In this document: piece after piece, positions 29,933 to 40,353 of the stretch | How the letters are laid out: every line of letters starts with the position of its first letter | Position numbering within the stretch: the stretch's first letter is position 1 | Assembly: GCA_051532035.1 (NCBI GenBank) | Contig: JAOPTW010000013.1 | Location: 192,001 to 256,000 of the forward strand | Length of the DNA stretch: 64,000 nucleotides | Origin: Fibrobacterales bacterium | GTDB taxonomy: Bacteria; Fibrobacterota; Fibrobacteria; Fibrobacterales; JAOPTW01 | Direction: 5' to 3' | Program-made: the position numbers and the translations under genes | The notes under the pieces: model-generated | What the model was told of the DNA's origin: nothing | The model's database searches: none | What the model saw: the letters and a program-made list of their open reading frames with translations, nothing else

Positions 29933-32900
29933 TTAGTTTTCTACTAATTGCACATTATCAATATTTACATCGATAGAGTTACCACCAACGTTGAATACAA
30001 TACGTGCATTCATATCAGTAGCATCTGTCATAGTAAAGGTATGAGTACTAGTAGCTGAACCACCACTGATAGAGTAATTTGAACGAGAACCAGAATAAGC
30101 AGTCCATGGTGAACCATCTTTTTCGAGTTTCACTTCAATATCTCTTGGGTATTGAGACCATGCATCAAATGATAACGTGTAGCTTCTCCCATTAATAAGC
30201 TCTAGGCCACCTTGTTTGAATTGAACATTCCAGCTTGCAGTACCAGCGTTGCTCATAGTAATTTTAGCATTACCATTTACCACTGACGTAGAAGCAGAAG
30301 CACTCTCAAAGTTTTCAAGATCCCATCCCGTGAGCTGTTGCATAAAATCACCATTAGTGATCATATTGTCGCCACCCTCAGGGTTGATTGTAAGTGCTGC
30401 AGATTTAGTTAATCCACCAGTTGCACAGGTATAGGTGTATGAACCTGCAGTGTTTGCTACAAATATATTCATATCAATTTGTTGCGCTGCAGATGGAGTA
30501 CTAACACTATAATTTGGGATTCCACTAATGCTAAAAGCATCACCATATTGGTCTAAACCAGAACAGTTTACCGTAAACATGTCACCAACAGTTGTTGTAA
30601 CAGGGTCAACTTTTAGCTCTGCAAGGTATGCTGGTTCACGAACACCTTCAATACCATATACTTTGAATTCAAAGAGTGAGTATCCCCATACAGTAGTACG
30701 CTGTGTACCATGCATTCTGATTTTTGCAACGTTTTCTTCGTTAAAAGTAAACTGATCGACACCACCGTTGCCGTTAGTAACTGTTTCGATTGCATACCAT
30801 GAAGAACCATCAGCTGTAACTTCGATAGTGTAGTTACTTGCAGCAGCAGTTTCCCAGTTTAATGAAACACTGGTTACGGTGAAGGTTCCTTGAAGATCAA
30901 TTTCAATCCATTGAGGATCAGAAAAGTCTGAACTCCAACGCGTTGTAGTAGATCCATCATTTACATATGACTTTAAGTGAGTCCCTTCTACTGAACTTGC
31001 ATTTACTGGTTTGTTTTGCGAGATAAGTACCGGATCACGTTGTTCAGTTACAGTAACGGAAGCGGTTCCTGCAATGCGAACCTGCTGTGATGGTTGGTAT
31101 GTTACACTTATTTGTCCAGTGCCTTCACTTGTACCGGTTACATTTGGCTTATTTACCAATACACCTTGACCAAGCATGTAAATGTGCTGATCAATTTCAG
31201 GAGTAACAGTCATGAGAATGTCGTTTTGATCATATACTCTATAAGTGATCTCTTTTGTTTCATTCAGATTAAGAGTGATGTTATCAACGTCAATACGAGT
31301 AACTTCTTGCTCTTCAATTACGGTCACGGAAGCACTACCACTAACGACACCATAACTTACTGTAGCAGTACAGGTTCCTGCACTATTTGCTCTAAAAATA
31401 AACTGACCAATTTGTGAACAACTTGACCCTGATATAGCGAATGATGGTGTAGTTGACATAGGAAAATCATTTCCAAACTGATCGAGTGTTGTAAATGTAA
31501 GAGAAAATGACTCGCCGACAGATACTGTTTTACGGTCTACTACAATAGAGGTAAGTGTAGGAGGCTCTTGACTTTTTTCTGTAAGAGTGATGTTGTCAAA
31601 GTAGAGGTCACTTGAGTTTCCACCTGCATTAATAACAAAGCGTGCAGCTGCATCAGTGTATCCTGCAGTGAATGTTTCAGTATAGGTGTCCCAGCTACTT
31701 GAAATTGAGTAAGTGAGCTGTGAAGAGTATGAAGTCCATGGGCTGCCATCTTTCTCGACAATAACATCAACAGAGCGTGATGATTGTGCACGAGCGCTAA
31801 AAGAGAGGATATACTCTTTTCCGGCTTCGATTGCAATATCATTCTGTTTGTACTGTACGTTCCATGCGTCTGAACCACCGTTGCTGATTGCAAGGTGTAG
31901 TTGGCCACCAGCGGCTGAGCTATTAGCTATTGCACCCATTGCATTACTGAGAGACCAGTAGAGTGGACCATTGGTGAATTCACCATTTTTAATGAGGCTT
32001 TCTACAGCATTAGGGTCTACAACAGTCAGTGTTGCGGTACCAGATACTGAACCTGCATTAATAGTTAGTGGAAATGATCCTGGAGTACTTCCTGCGCGGA
32101 AGAAGCCTTGACGAACGTATTGTCCACCAGTACATTCGACACTAGAAATAGTTGTACTCATAACATTCCCATATTGATCATAGGCAGTGTAATCAAGATT
32201 TTTACCTTCATTAATGTTATAGGTCATGTTGTTTACTTCAATAGAAGTAAGTTCTGGGTCTGCTAATTCACCTGGAGCGCCGTATACTTCAAAATCATAG
32301 AGTGAGTAACCCCATTGTGTAGCGCGTTCTATTCCTTTAATACGCATATGGTTTACATTGGTTATTGAAAGGGCAATCTCGATAACACCAGGAGTGCCGT
32401 TGTTAATAAGTTTCTCGGTCTTCCAGGTTATTCCATCAACTGACGATTGTACTTCATAAGTTTTTGCACATGCTGTTTCCCAGTTCAATACCACTTTTGA
32501 TATGTCAAAAGTTCCCTGGAGGTCTACTGCAATCCATTGATCGTTAGTCCATAAGCTCGACCAGCGAGTAGTTGAGTTGCCATCAATAGCTTTTTGTGCA
32601 GTTACCGTTGCATCTTCATATGATGATGATGTTGCTCTTTTGTTTAGCGCTACATCAGTCACAGGAACTGTTGCTTCAATAAATGTTGCCTGAGGGTCAC
32701 CAAAAAGAGTTGTTTCGAAAATACACCAGCGAATGAGTGTCCTGTTGGCATAGACTATGTTATCTTCATGACTGTCAGCATTGAGTGCTCCGAGTGTAGA
32801 TAGGCCTTCATTAAAATATGCATCCCAGAATTCGCGATTGAGCTGTTGACTATCTCCATCAGTAGAAGATGTAGAGCCCCAGCCATATCTTGAGTTCATT

Positions 32901-34621
32901 ATTACTGCATGCATTCCATTGCGAGTGGAAGTAGTGAGTTTTTCTGCAAGACAATCTGCATCAAATTCACCTGAGTAACATGCTTGCGTATAAATAAATG
33001 CATGTTGCGTATTAGTGAGCCCAAGTGCTGTACTACTCCCCATTTTTAATGCCCAGTTTCTTAAACCGTGCCCGAGGTGGTTGTAAATTGCGTGAGAGTT
33101 ACTGTTTATTTGACTCGTAAGCTGTGATACGCTCCAAACAGCATCAAAGTCATAGAGAGTTTCAACGGTAAAATCAGGATTTGCTGCAAATCCAGCTGTT
33201 ACATAGCCATGATTTGACGATCCATCTTTTATCTCATCCATGTAGTAATTGGCGAATTCTGCTCTACCAGTCCAATTCCCCATGTCTTCACCAACCATAA
33301 GCGCTTGTTTACGGAAAGGAGCATCTAGGTCAAGATTTGCATGAGCCAGAGTTTTGTATACGAAGTTAGACATTTCTTCTGGATTTTCCGCAGATGCTCT
33401 ACCAACAAGAACTTCTGCCATCAGGTCAATGTCACCACCATCAACACCATCATTTTTCTCTCCCCAGATGGCATCACCGTCATTGTTCCAATCCCCGTTA
33501 AGGCACTGAAAATAGACGTCACTTGGAATGTCTTTGGTGTAAATACTATAAGAGAGATGTATCTGTCTCATAGGAATGATGTTGATGTCACCACCAAGAA
33601 GCACATATTCAGTTTCCCAGCCGTTATATGCGTCAATAATAAAGTTTCTGAGCTTTTCGGCATCATCAACTCCAGGGTATCCACTGAGCACATCTTCGAT
33701 AGCAACGATAGTAGCAGAAGTACCATTCGCTTCTTTGTGTGCAACAAGGTCACGGATAGTCACATCAGTGTTTGCATCACGAATTTCTTCAGATGTTACG
33801 ATAACATACTGAAAGCTTTCTGATGGGTCTACTAATGGGCCCAATGGTTGTATTTGTGTTAATGGAGCAGAAGTAGTATATGAAGAGAGATCTTCTGGAT
33901 TTTCTACATTCATTGTCGCTGCATCAACATGTGCTACACGAAGTTTTCTCCCAGAATTAAGTGGAGCCTCTTTTGTTGTAATAACTTCAACAGAAATATC
34001 TGTGTAGTAGGTTATTACACCACTTTTAGGTTGATACTGAACAGGATTAATCTGTACAAATCCAACACGTACACCACGCTTTTCTTGTATGCTAATCACT
34101 TGGTGTGATGCAGCTGGAAAAGCAGCGTCTGAATTATAGATTTCAGCCTTAGGAGTTGCTTTTCTTACGCTATTCCAAGAAGTTGAAAGTGGTACCGCTG
34201 TCTCACCATGTTCAATAACATGTGATCCTGGTACCACAACTTTCCCGCCACGAATTATTTCTATCTTCTCTAGTGTTTCTCCCTCAGGAATGATAAATTG
34301 AAAAGGTATTGTTGGAAGTTTTGGCTCACCCTCTTCGCTCGTTAATGGAGCATTACCGAGTATGAGTCTTTTAGTAGCTTCGCCACTTAAAGGAGCCTCA
34401 AGAGAGAATACCTTAAGGTCAGGTGTAGAATAACGTAATTTAAGATTCTCAGTTTTCGCTGATTCACGTTTAACGAGTATAGAGGTTTCACCTTTCTTTT
34501 CTTTCAATGCATGTGTAGGATGCCATGTGTCATTTGCTGTATTTGCCGAAAGTGGCGAAAAAGCAACTAGACATGACATAAACATCCATCCAACTTTGCT
34601 GAACATTTGTTTTTGTTTCAT
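29933..34621 (-). CDS. Peptidase C25 (gingipain-like) with propeptide, two CBM32/F5-8 and two CBM4_9-like modules
   Basis: YVLLGGD, SDVYF, VGRAS, NHLGHG (His), TQACYSG (Cys), LFGDP; DGNSTTRWSS x2; IKNGEF..WNVQ x2. Confidence 0.9.
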   Translation of the reverse strand: MKQKQMFSKVGWMFMSCLVAFSPLSANTANDTWHPTHALKEKKGETSILVKRESAKTENLKLRYSTPDLKVFSLEAPLSGEATKRLILGNAPLTSEEGEPKLPTIPFQFIIPEGETLEKIEIIRGGKVVVPGSHVIEHGETAVPLSTSWNSVRKATPKAEIYNSDAAFPAASHQVISIQEKRGVRVGFVQINPVQYQPKSGVITYYTDISVEVITTKEAPLNSGRKLRVAHVDAATMNVENPEDLSSYTTSAPLTQIQPLGPLVDPSESFQYVIVTSEEIRDANTDVTIRDLVAHKEANGTSATIVAIEDVLSGYPGVDDAEKLRNFIIDAYNGWETEYVLLGGDINIIPMRQIHLSYSIYTKDIPSDVYFQCLNGDWNNDGDAIWGEKNDGVDGGDIDLMAEVLVGRASAENPEEMSNFVYKTLAHANLDLDAPFRKQALMVGEDMGNWTGRAEFANYYMDEIKDGSSNHGYVTAGFAANPDFTVETLYDFDAVWSVSQLTSQINSNSHAIYNHLGHGLRNWALKMGSSTALGLTNTQHAFIYTQACYSGEFDADCLAEKLTTSTRNGMHAVIMNSRYGWGSTSSTDGDSQQLNREFWDAYFNEGLSTLGALNADSHEDNIVYANRTLIRWCIFETTLFGDPQATFIEATVPVTDVALNKRATSSSYEDATVTAQKAIDGNSTTRWSSLWTNDQWIAVDLQGTFDISKVVLNWETACAKTYEVQSSVDGITWKTEKLINNGTPGVIEIALSITNVNHMRIKGIERATQWGYSLYDFEVYGAPGELADPELTSIEVNNMTYNINEGKNLDYTAYDQYGNVMSTTISSVECTGGQYVRQGFFRAGSTPGSFPLTINAGSVSGTATLTVVDPNAVESLIKNGEFTNGPLYWSLSNAMGAIANSSAAGGQLHLAISNGGSDAWNVQYKQNDIAIEAGKEYILSFSARAQSSRSVDVIVEKDGSPWTSYSSQLTYSISSSWDTYTETFTAGYTDAAARFVINAGGNSSDLYFDNITLTEKSQEPPTLTSIVVDRKTVSVGESFSLTFTTLDQFGNDFPMSTTPSFAISGSSCSQIGQFIFRANSAGTCTATVSYGVVSGSASVTVIEEQEVTRIDVDNITLNLNETKEITYRVYDQNDILMTVTPEIDQHIYMLGQGVLVNKPNVTGTSEGTGQISVTYQPSQQVRIAGTASVTVTEQRDPVLISQNKPVNASSVEGTHLKSYVNDGSTTTRWSSDFSDPQWIEIDLQGTFTVTSVSLNWETAAASNYTIEVTADGSSWYAIETVTNGNGGVDQFTFNEENVAKIRMHGTQRTTVWGYSLFEFKVYGIEGVREPAYLAELKVDPVTTTVGDMFTVNCSGLDQYGDAFSISGIPNYSVSTPSAAQQIDMNIFVANTAGSYTYTCATGGLTKSAALTINPEGGDNMITNGDFMQQLTGWDLENFESASASTSVVNGNAKITMSNAGTASWNVQFKQGGLELINGRSYTLSFDAWSQYPRDIEVKLEKDGSPWTAYSGSRSNYSISGGSATSTHTFTMTDATDMNARIVFNVGGNSIDVNIDNVQLVEN

Positions 34622-34931
34622 TTAGTTTTCCCTTATTAAGTGTATACCAATGGATATCAAAAGTTCAGAAGCCTCTTTCTGTGCTCCGCCATTGGTACCA
34701 TCTATCCCCTGAGGGATAAATGGACACAAAAGATATCTACTAAAGAAGTGTGGAATATAAAATATGGATGAACTGCACAATAGGTGCTGTAAATGACACT
34801 ATGATTCAACAAATGTGATGGCTGACACATTTAAACCCCGAAGTGTAATTCGTCTGTATATAAATAGTTACAGAGACGTCAGTATTACTGGCACATTTCA
34901 TTGTTCAAAACCATATTTGATAGATAACCTA

Positions 34932-36731
34932 TCATGAGTTTTGGATAACTAACTCTATCGTTACACCCTGATCACTATAAATATTGAGCTGGGCTTTATT
35001 GTCATAATAGAGGTTGAGACGTTTGCGTACATTTTCGAGGCCAAGACCGGTACTACTCCCCGTTGGTTTGAAACCAGGGCCATCATCGGTAACCTTTATT
35101 ACCACTGCATCTGTATCTGTATCTGTATTAACAGAAACACTAATAGTGACTCCTGTTGTTCGGTCGCCTATACCATATTTAATAGAGTTTTCAACGAGTG
35201 GTTGCAATATGAATCCAGGTATTTTGTAGGTGGACAGTGTTTCATTGATGGTAGTTGTGTATCGAATGCTCTCACCATATCTTATTTTTTGGAGTGCAAT
35301 ATATTGTTCAAGGGCCTGCAACTCCTCTTGTACCGTAATTAAAGAGTCCTTGGATGATTCCAGTATGTTCCTATAAAAATCAGAAAGACGACAGATGGAT
35401 TCCTCAGCAAAATCAGGGTTCTGTTTTATAAGTTGTGAAATTGAGCTCAGAATATTAAACAAAAAATGAGGCTCTATTTGTGTTTGTAGTTCACTCTTTT
35501 GTGCCTCTACGGATTTTTGCAGATTTCGATAGGCTTCTTTTTGTGCTCGTACTTTACTTTTCCGCTGCTGCATTATACTCATTGATATCGCTGTTGAAAT
35601 CAGTATCAATTCAATAGTGAGACACGTCATATACCCATAGTTTGACAAGAACTCGTTCTGCATGAGGCCGTTTATGGTCAGTAGAATAAAGGTCCCACCG
35701 GTGAGGTGTACGACCCATGCGCCCAGGAACAGTTTAGCTGCAAGGTCCCCTATCTTTGCTTTAAAAATCAATAACCCTAAAGAAGAAAGCATGGGTAATA
35801 TAGAAAAGTATGTTAACGCATTTGAACCGATGCGATAGGTAAACACATACGGAACAATAAGTAATAGGAGAAGGATATATATTTGACTTTGGAAAAAATA
35901 TTCCCAAAAACGGTTTTTGAAGGTGTACGGTTGAAAGCTTCTGATCAGGAGTAAGCCAGCAAGGAAACCAAGAGATAGAGTGTGCAGATGGAGATATGAA
36001 CCAATTTCAATATGCTCTGACAAAAAAAGAAACTGTATAAATCCATGGCCACTCAGAGTGAAGTATATATGCATCGTAGCAAGAAAAAATGAGTAATTGA
36101 GGTACACCTTTTCTCGGGTAACAATGAATGTTATGAGTACTGTGAGAAAAATGGTGAGTGCCACTCCGTAAAACAGACCATACGCAAGCATTTTCTTTTG
36201 ATTGGTTAGCTGAAATAATTCGGGATTCCAGAGTTCGATTGCCATTGTCACCACTTCGCTGCTTTTGTGTCTATGATATATGGTGATGGTTTTCTTTGGA
36301 GGTATGGTTACGGGTACAACGAATATGTGATATCTGAGTGCGCGTTTACTCAGTGATACTTTTCTACCAGTAATATCAATCAGCTGAGTGTTGTGTTCAT
36401 CGATACTATAGGTTTTCAGAGTATCGATAAAGGGATCATCTAAACTGAGCCATCGAACCATTGGAGTATCATATGGATTGTGAATGGTATAGCGGGTCCA
36501 AAACGCTGAAGGTGTTCTAGGATAATACAGTATAGTATTACTATTAGGGGTGAATTCTTTATGCACTACCTGGTCAATAGTTAAGGAGGCTTCTGTATCT
36601 GCATATCCTTCAACAAGCATATTTAACCATACCCCATCATCCTTATCTGTAAGATCATAGGTTCCGGCAGAAGCGTCAATGGGCAGTAATAGATAGAGAA
36701 GAAGTAAATAAGGGATAGTAGATAATTTCAT
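34932..36731 (-). CDS. 7TM-DISM sensor histidine kinase, LytS-type
   Basis: Extracellular DISM-like domain, 7 TM, QIEPHFLFNILSSI, QPLVENSIKYG, DDGPG, GLGLENV. Confidence 0.92.
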   Translation of the reverse strand: MKLSTIPYLLLLYLLLPIDASAGTYDLTDKDDGVWLNMLVEGYADTEASLTIDQVVHKEFTPNSNTILYYPRTPSAFWTRYTIHNPYDTPMVRWLSLDDPFIDTLKTYSIDEHNTQLIDITGRKVSLSKRALRYHIFVVPVTIPPKKTITIYHRHKSSEVVTMAIELWNPELFQLTNQKKMLAYGLFYGVALTIFLTVLITFIVTREKVYLNYSFFLATMHIYFTLSGHGFIQFLFLSEHIEIGSYLHLHTLSLGFLAGLLLIRSFQPYTFKNRFWEYFFQSQIYILLLLLIVPYVFTYRIGSNALTYFSILPMLSSLGLLIFKAKIGDLAAKLFLGAWVVHLTGGTFILLTINGLMQNEFLSNYGYMTCLTIELILISTAISMSIMQQRKSKVRAQKEAYRNLQKSVEAQKSELQTQIEPHFLFNILSSISQLIKQNPDFAEESICRLSDFYRNILESSKDSLITVQEELQALEQYIALQKIRYGESIRYTTTINETLSTYKIPGFILQPLVENSIKYGIGDRTTGVTISVSVNTDTDTDAVVIKVTDDGPGFKPTGSSTGLGLENVRKRLNLYYDNKAQLNIYSDQGVTIELVIQNS

Positions 36732-36744
36732 AATTTCAATACCA

Positions 36745-37482
36745 TTATTTAAACTGATGGCTATATGATCTACTCACATCAAGTAATGTAGAGTCACCTT
36801 TGACTTCCACTTCCATACAGCTATAGAGACTTTTCTTTATGGATTCAATACAATGCCTGTTTACGATGGTACTTCTGTGTATACGAGTAAATACATCGGG
36901 ATCTAATTGAGTTTCGAGTTCGTTAAGGGTTGTATTCACTGGGTACTCTTTGTCTGAATCGGTATAGATTACTGAATAGCGTTCGTCACTCTTTATGTAC
37001 CGTATCGATGCGACATTAACCATCTGAATTGTGCCAGCTATGTTACAATGAATCCACTTGATGTATTGTTTCGGGATTTTACTTTCCAGTAGTTGTACAA
37101 GTGCATTATGATCTGAGAGCGATACCTTCATCCGATGAATCTTATTGAGTACTCGATCAATGTCATCTTCTTTGATCGGCTTAAGTAAGTATTCAATTGC
37201 AATTTTTGTTGTGGTAAATGCTTCAAGTGCATACTTGTTATACGCTGTTGTAAAAATGATAATAGGATTATGAGTCAGCTTTTTAATGAGATCAAATGCA
37301 GTTTTATCATGTATTTCAATATCAAGAAAGATCAGATCGGGTTGGAGTGTATTGATTAAATCGGTAGCCTCATCCACAAAGGATGCTTCACCAATAATGG
37401 TACATTCTGTTTTTTGAGATAACAGAGATTTAATTCTATCCCGAGCACCTTGCTCATCATCAATAATTATTACGGTATACAT
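36745..37482 (-). CDS. LytTR-family response regulator
   Basis: IIDDE, FLDIEI, LKP; FTRIHRSTIVN, VSRSY. Confidence 0.93.
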   Translation of the reverse strand: MYTVIIIDDEQGARDRIKSLLSQKTECTIIGEASFVDEATDLINTLQPDLIFLDIEIHDKTAFDLIKKLTHNPIIIFTTAYNKYALEAFTTTKIAIEYLLKPIKEDDIDRVLNKIHRMKVSLSDHNALVQLLESKIPKQYIKWIHCNIAGTIQMVNVASIRYIKSDERYSVIYTDSDKEYPVNTTLNELETQLDPDVFTRIHRSTIVNRHCIESIKKSLYSCMEVEVKGDSTLLDVSRSYSHQFK

Positions 37483-37824
37483 CTTTTTTCTCTGCAATAT
37501 AGGGTTACAGGCTGTCGACTAACTTTGAGCAAATTGTGTTTAATGTAATAATAGTATTTAAAATGGCGAATTCAAATTAGGATTCACCTTATAGTAAGGT
37601 CGCCTCTAAAAATTATTTTACGAAAGAGCCTGCCTCACCCGCGCAATTGCATTATCCCCCGGGGACTATTATTAAAAGAGAAAAAACATACGTGACTGGG
37701 CCAATAGAAGACAATAAAGGGACGCTTTTCCGCGAAAGTTTTAAATAAAATACTGAATTGATAAAATGCTTCCATTTTTTAATTATTATTTTTATCAGAT
37801 TTTATGTTACTGTAAGGATATAGT

Positions 37825-38832
37825 ATGTTTCGCTCTATTAATCATTCCTTTTTCTTTTTGTTTGGCGTAATTTTGGTAGGTGGTTGTACTTTTTCAAAGG
37901 ATGATATCCTTTCCAATGACATGAATGAGATGAGCAGTAGTGTACCAGTAGCTCTCTCTTCAAGTAGCCATTCTCTTAATAGCCTTTCTTCACATGCAGT
38001 CGCACTCAATCGGGATACTCATAGTAGTAGCGGAGGAGTTATAGAGCAGGAGAAACGGGGAAATATTCTCAATCACTTTGAGAGTAACAAGGATACAATC
38101 ATATCCTGGATACACTATGTAAATAATAGTGAATTACCTGATACCGTCTTTCTACATAGTGATATGATTGAGTCTGCCAATTGGCTTGTCTACCCATATG
38201 ATGTGAGAGTGTATTCAGACTTTCTGAATCATACTTTACAAAACTATAGCCCCAAAAATGTTGCACACATAGAAATACCCGATTCGTTACAGAATGCAGC
38301 GGATACCCTCTTGATTAATTATGGACTTGAGCCGAAAATACCCATACAATCCCCAAAGCATATGAAACAATCAGGAACTGCATATTTTGAACAGAGCTCA
38401 ATTAATGCATTAACATATATGCTCACTGACATCAACGCAAATAGTAAGGGGAAATTAATAGGGAAAATATTGGGGAAATTTACTCTTTTAGAATATCCAG
38501 ATTGGGCTGAACAGTCCACTGCGACAACAATACCAGGGTGCGATTCATACGATCCTTTTCATGAAAGTCACCGTAAATGTGGAGACTCTCTAACTGTTGG
38601 ATATATGCCGTTAATGATTTCAGAATCATGCCCACAAGTTGCATACCTTGCTGATCATAGGTTTACCACACCCGCTTATAAGCTGTCTCATACAAGGATA
38701 ACAGTACAATGGAATACCATAGATATGCCTACGGAATCGAACTGGAAGGTAGAGAGAACGAATGCCTATGCAAATAAAGATACCGTAAACATTATCATAG
38801 AGCATCACGAGCCGTATTGCGATGAAAGGTAA
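37825..38832 (+). CDS. Hypothetical lipoprotein
   Basis: Lipobox VGGC; Ser-rich linker; RBS AAGGA. Confidence 0.75.
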   Translation: MFRSINHSFFFLFGVILVGGCTFSKDDILSNDMNEMSSSVPVALSSSSHSLNSLSSHAVALNRDTHSSSGGVIEQEKRGNILNHFESNKDTIISWIHYVNNSELPDTVFLHSDMIESANWLVYPYDVRVYSDFLNHTLQNYSPKNVAHIEIPDSLQNAADTLLINYGLEPKIPIQSPKHMKQSGTAYFEQSSINALTYMLTDINANSKGKLIGKILGKFTLLEYPDWAEQSTATTIPGCDSYDPFHESHRKCGDSLTVGYMPLMISESCPQVAYLADHRFTTPAYKLSHTRITVQWNTIDMPTESNWKVERTNAYANKDTVNIIIEHHEPYCDER

Positions 38833-38931
38833 GATGCATTCCTTGTCCAAATGGATGTGAAATGTTTCCATTAACCCAAGAGTCATCTTTTAGCTGGTTA
38901 ATCATAAGTTGGCTTCCTTCTTTATTTAGGA

Positions 38932-38990
38932 AGTAGTACCCTTCCCTAACACTGATTGCTCAATCTGATTAAACTATCACTATTCTCAAA
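38932..38990 (-). repeat. Partial module A
   Basis: agtacccttccc..cactgattg.tcaatctgattaaactatc..ttctcaa. Confidence 0.85.
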
Positions 38991-38995
38991 ATAAA

Positions 38996-39030
38996 AATGA
39001 CCCGCCGGCATAGCCAACGGGTCATAAAAA
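38996..39030. terminator. Bidirectional terminator
   Basis: atgacccg..cgggtcat flanked by A-tracts between convergent genes. Confidence 0.75.
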
Positions 39031-39053
39031 ACACTAGTATATGTAACGATCTA

Positions 39054-39995
39054 TTACTGGTGTACTAAATTCCAGTATTTAGATACACCAGTACTACAGC
39101 TTCCAACTACAACAGATGCATTATCATCATAGCTGTCGTTTTCTATTGTAAGACAATCATCAGCATTATTTACTGATCTAATAAAGTACACACCAGTAGT
39201 AATTTTTTCAATTTTCCATTTCTGATTGTTTTGAGCAGGATATCCTTCCCAGACCTGAACGTTTGATGAGTTAAGATCTTTGTCAAGAAGCTTCCATCCA
39301 ACAGTATTACGGATCTCATACTCGCCATTACCCAAGTGAGAAACGTTCCATACTTTTTTCTGACCGTAGTCAACATCACAGTTAAACTGAAGGGCATCAT
39401 CACCATTCACGTCATTCCAAATTGATGCACATTTTCCCGATCTATTATTTTTCAATGTATATGAACCACTGAATACTTCTTCTGTTGCAGGAGTATAGAA
39501 GTAGTATGCACTACAATAGCCAGTAGTAACTTCTACATTTGCACCAACGTAGTTACCATTATCAATGTTAGTTGATAAACAAACTTCAGGATTGCTTTTC
39601 AAGCGTAAATAGAATTTCCCTCCTGGTTGTGATGATTCAGTAATTATCCATGAACGGTAATCCTGAACATCCTCTCCATATTGTTGTACATTACTACCAT
39701 ATCCGTAGTTTTCTACATCAAAAAGTTTGTTTGATCCTACATTTCTGATACTATAACTCTCACCATCATTATTTTTAGTAACAGAAAATGATTGTGCATC
39801 TGTTGTATTACAATCGTGCATCTGAATATTTGCACCATTTTCAGTAGAAGCAGCTTGAACATCCATACAATAGTTCGCAACCTTATACATACCAATTTTA
39901 TATTGACCATTTGCCAATTCTGCTTGTGCAGTACCCGCGAGTACTGTTAATGCGGTGAGTGTTGAAAGAATAATTTTTTTCATTATTTGTCTCAT
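39054..39995 (-). CDS. Secreted double ricin-B (CBM13-like) lectin-domain protein
   Basis: Signal peptide; CMDV..GANIQMHDCN...QSF, NSGKC-like, NNQKWKI. Confidence 0.88.
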   Translation of the reverse strand: MRQIMKKIILSTLTALTVLAGTAQAELANGQYKIGMYKVANYCMDVQAASTENGANIQMHDCNTTDAQSFSVTKNNDGESYSIRNVGSNKLFDVENYGYGSNVQQYGEDVQDYRSWIITESSQPGGKFYLRLKSNPEVCLSTNIDNGNYVGANVEVTTGYCSAYYFYTPATEEVFSGSYTLKNNRSGKCASIWNDVNGDDALQFNCDVDYGQKKVWNVSHLGNGEYEIRNTVGWKLLDKDLNSSNVQVWEGYPAQNNQKWKIEKITTGVYFIRSVNNADDCLTIENDSYDDNASVVVGSCSTGVSKYWNLVHQ

Positions 39996-40127
39996 TTATT
40001 AATTTGTGTGATGTTTCTGGTAGGCAACCCCTACTAACCAGAAGTACACCTGATTACTCTGGTGTGATTTTCAATGTAGACATTCATCATTATAGATTCA
40101 AAGGGTTCAAACTATGCCTTGAATTAT

Positions 40128-40149
40128 GCGTACCGAAAGCGTACTCAAT
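40128..40149. promoter_or_regulatory. Tandem 11-bp repeat GCGTACCGAAA-GCGTACTCAAT
   Basis: Matches the repeat at 21188 at a similar distance upstream of a lectin gene. Confidence 0.5.
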
Positions 40150-40185
40150 AATTAAACTCAGCCCAGAGTTTTACGACAAACGCAT

Positions 40186-40291
40186 GGGAGCACTCTGAGA
40201 TTCAGGAGTGAGAAGTCAAGTAATACAATTTGAGAGGAATCAATGCTTATTACTTGACTTTTTTTTTGGGGGGGGCATATAGATGTCACAT
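40186..40291 (+). repeat. Intergenic module C
   Basis: Perfect IR aagtcaagtaata (40213..40225)/tattacttgactt (40248..40260), 22-nt spacer, then gggggcatatagatGTCACAT. Confidence 0.92.
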
Positions 40292-40353
40292 TCTTTCGAT
40301 TGCGATCTATACTCCACCCTAATCATCAATGTAAATCTACACCATATGAACGT

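Noticed and set aside
40258..40275. Phase-variable T/G homopolymer tract
   Set aside because: It lies within module C downstream of a gene; slippage or sequencing error is equally likely.
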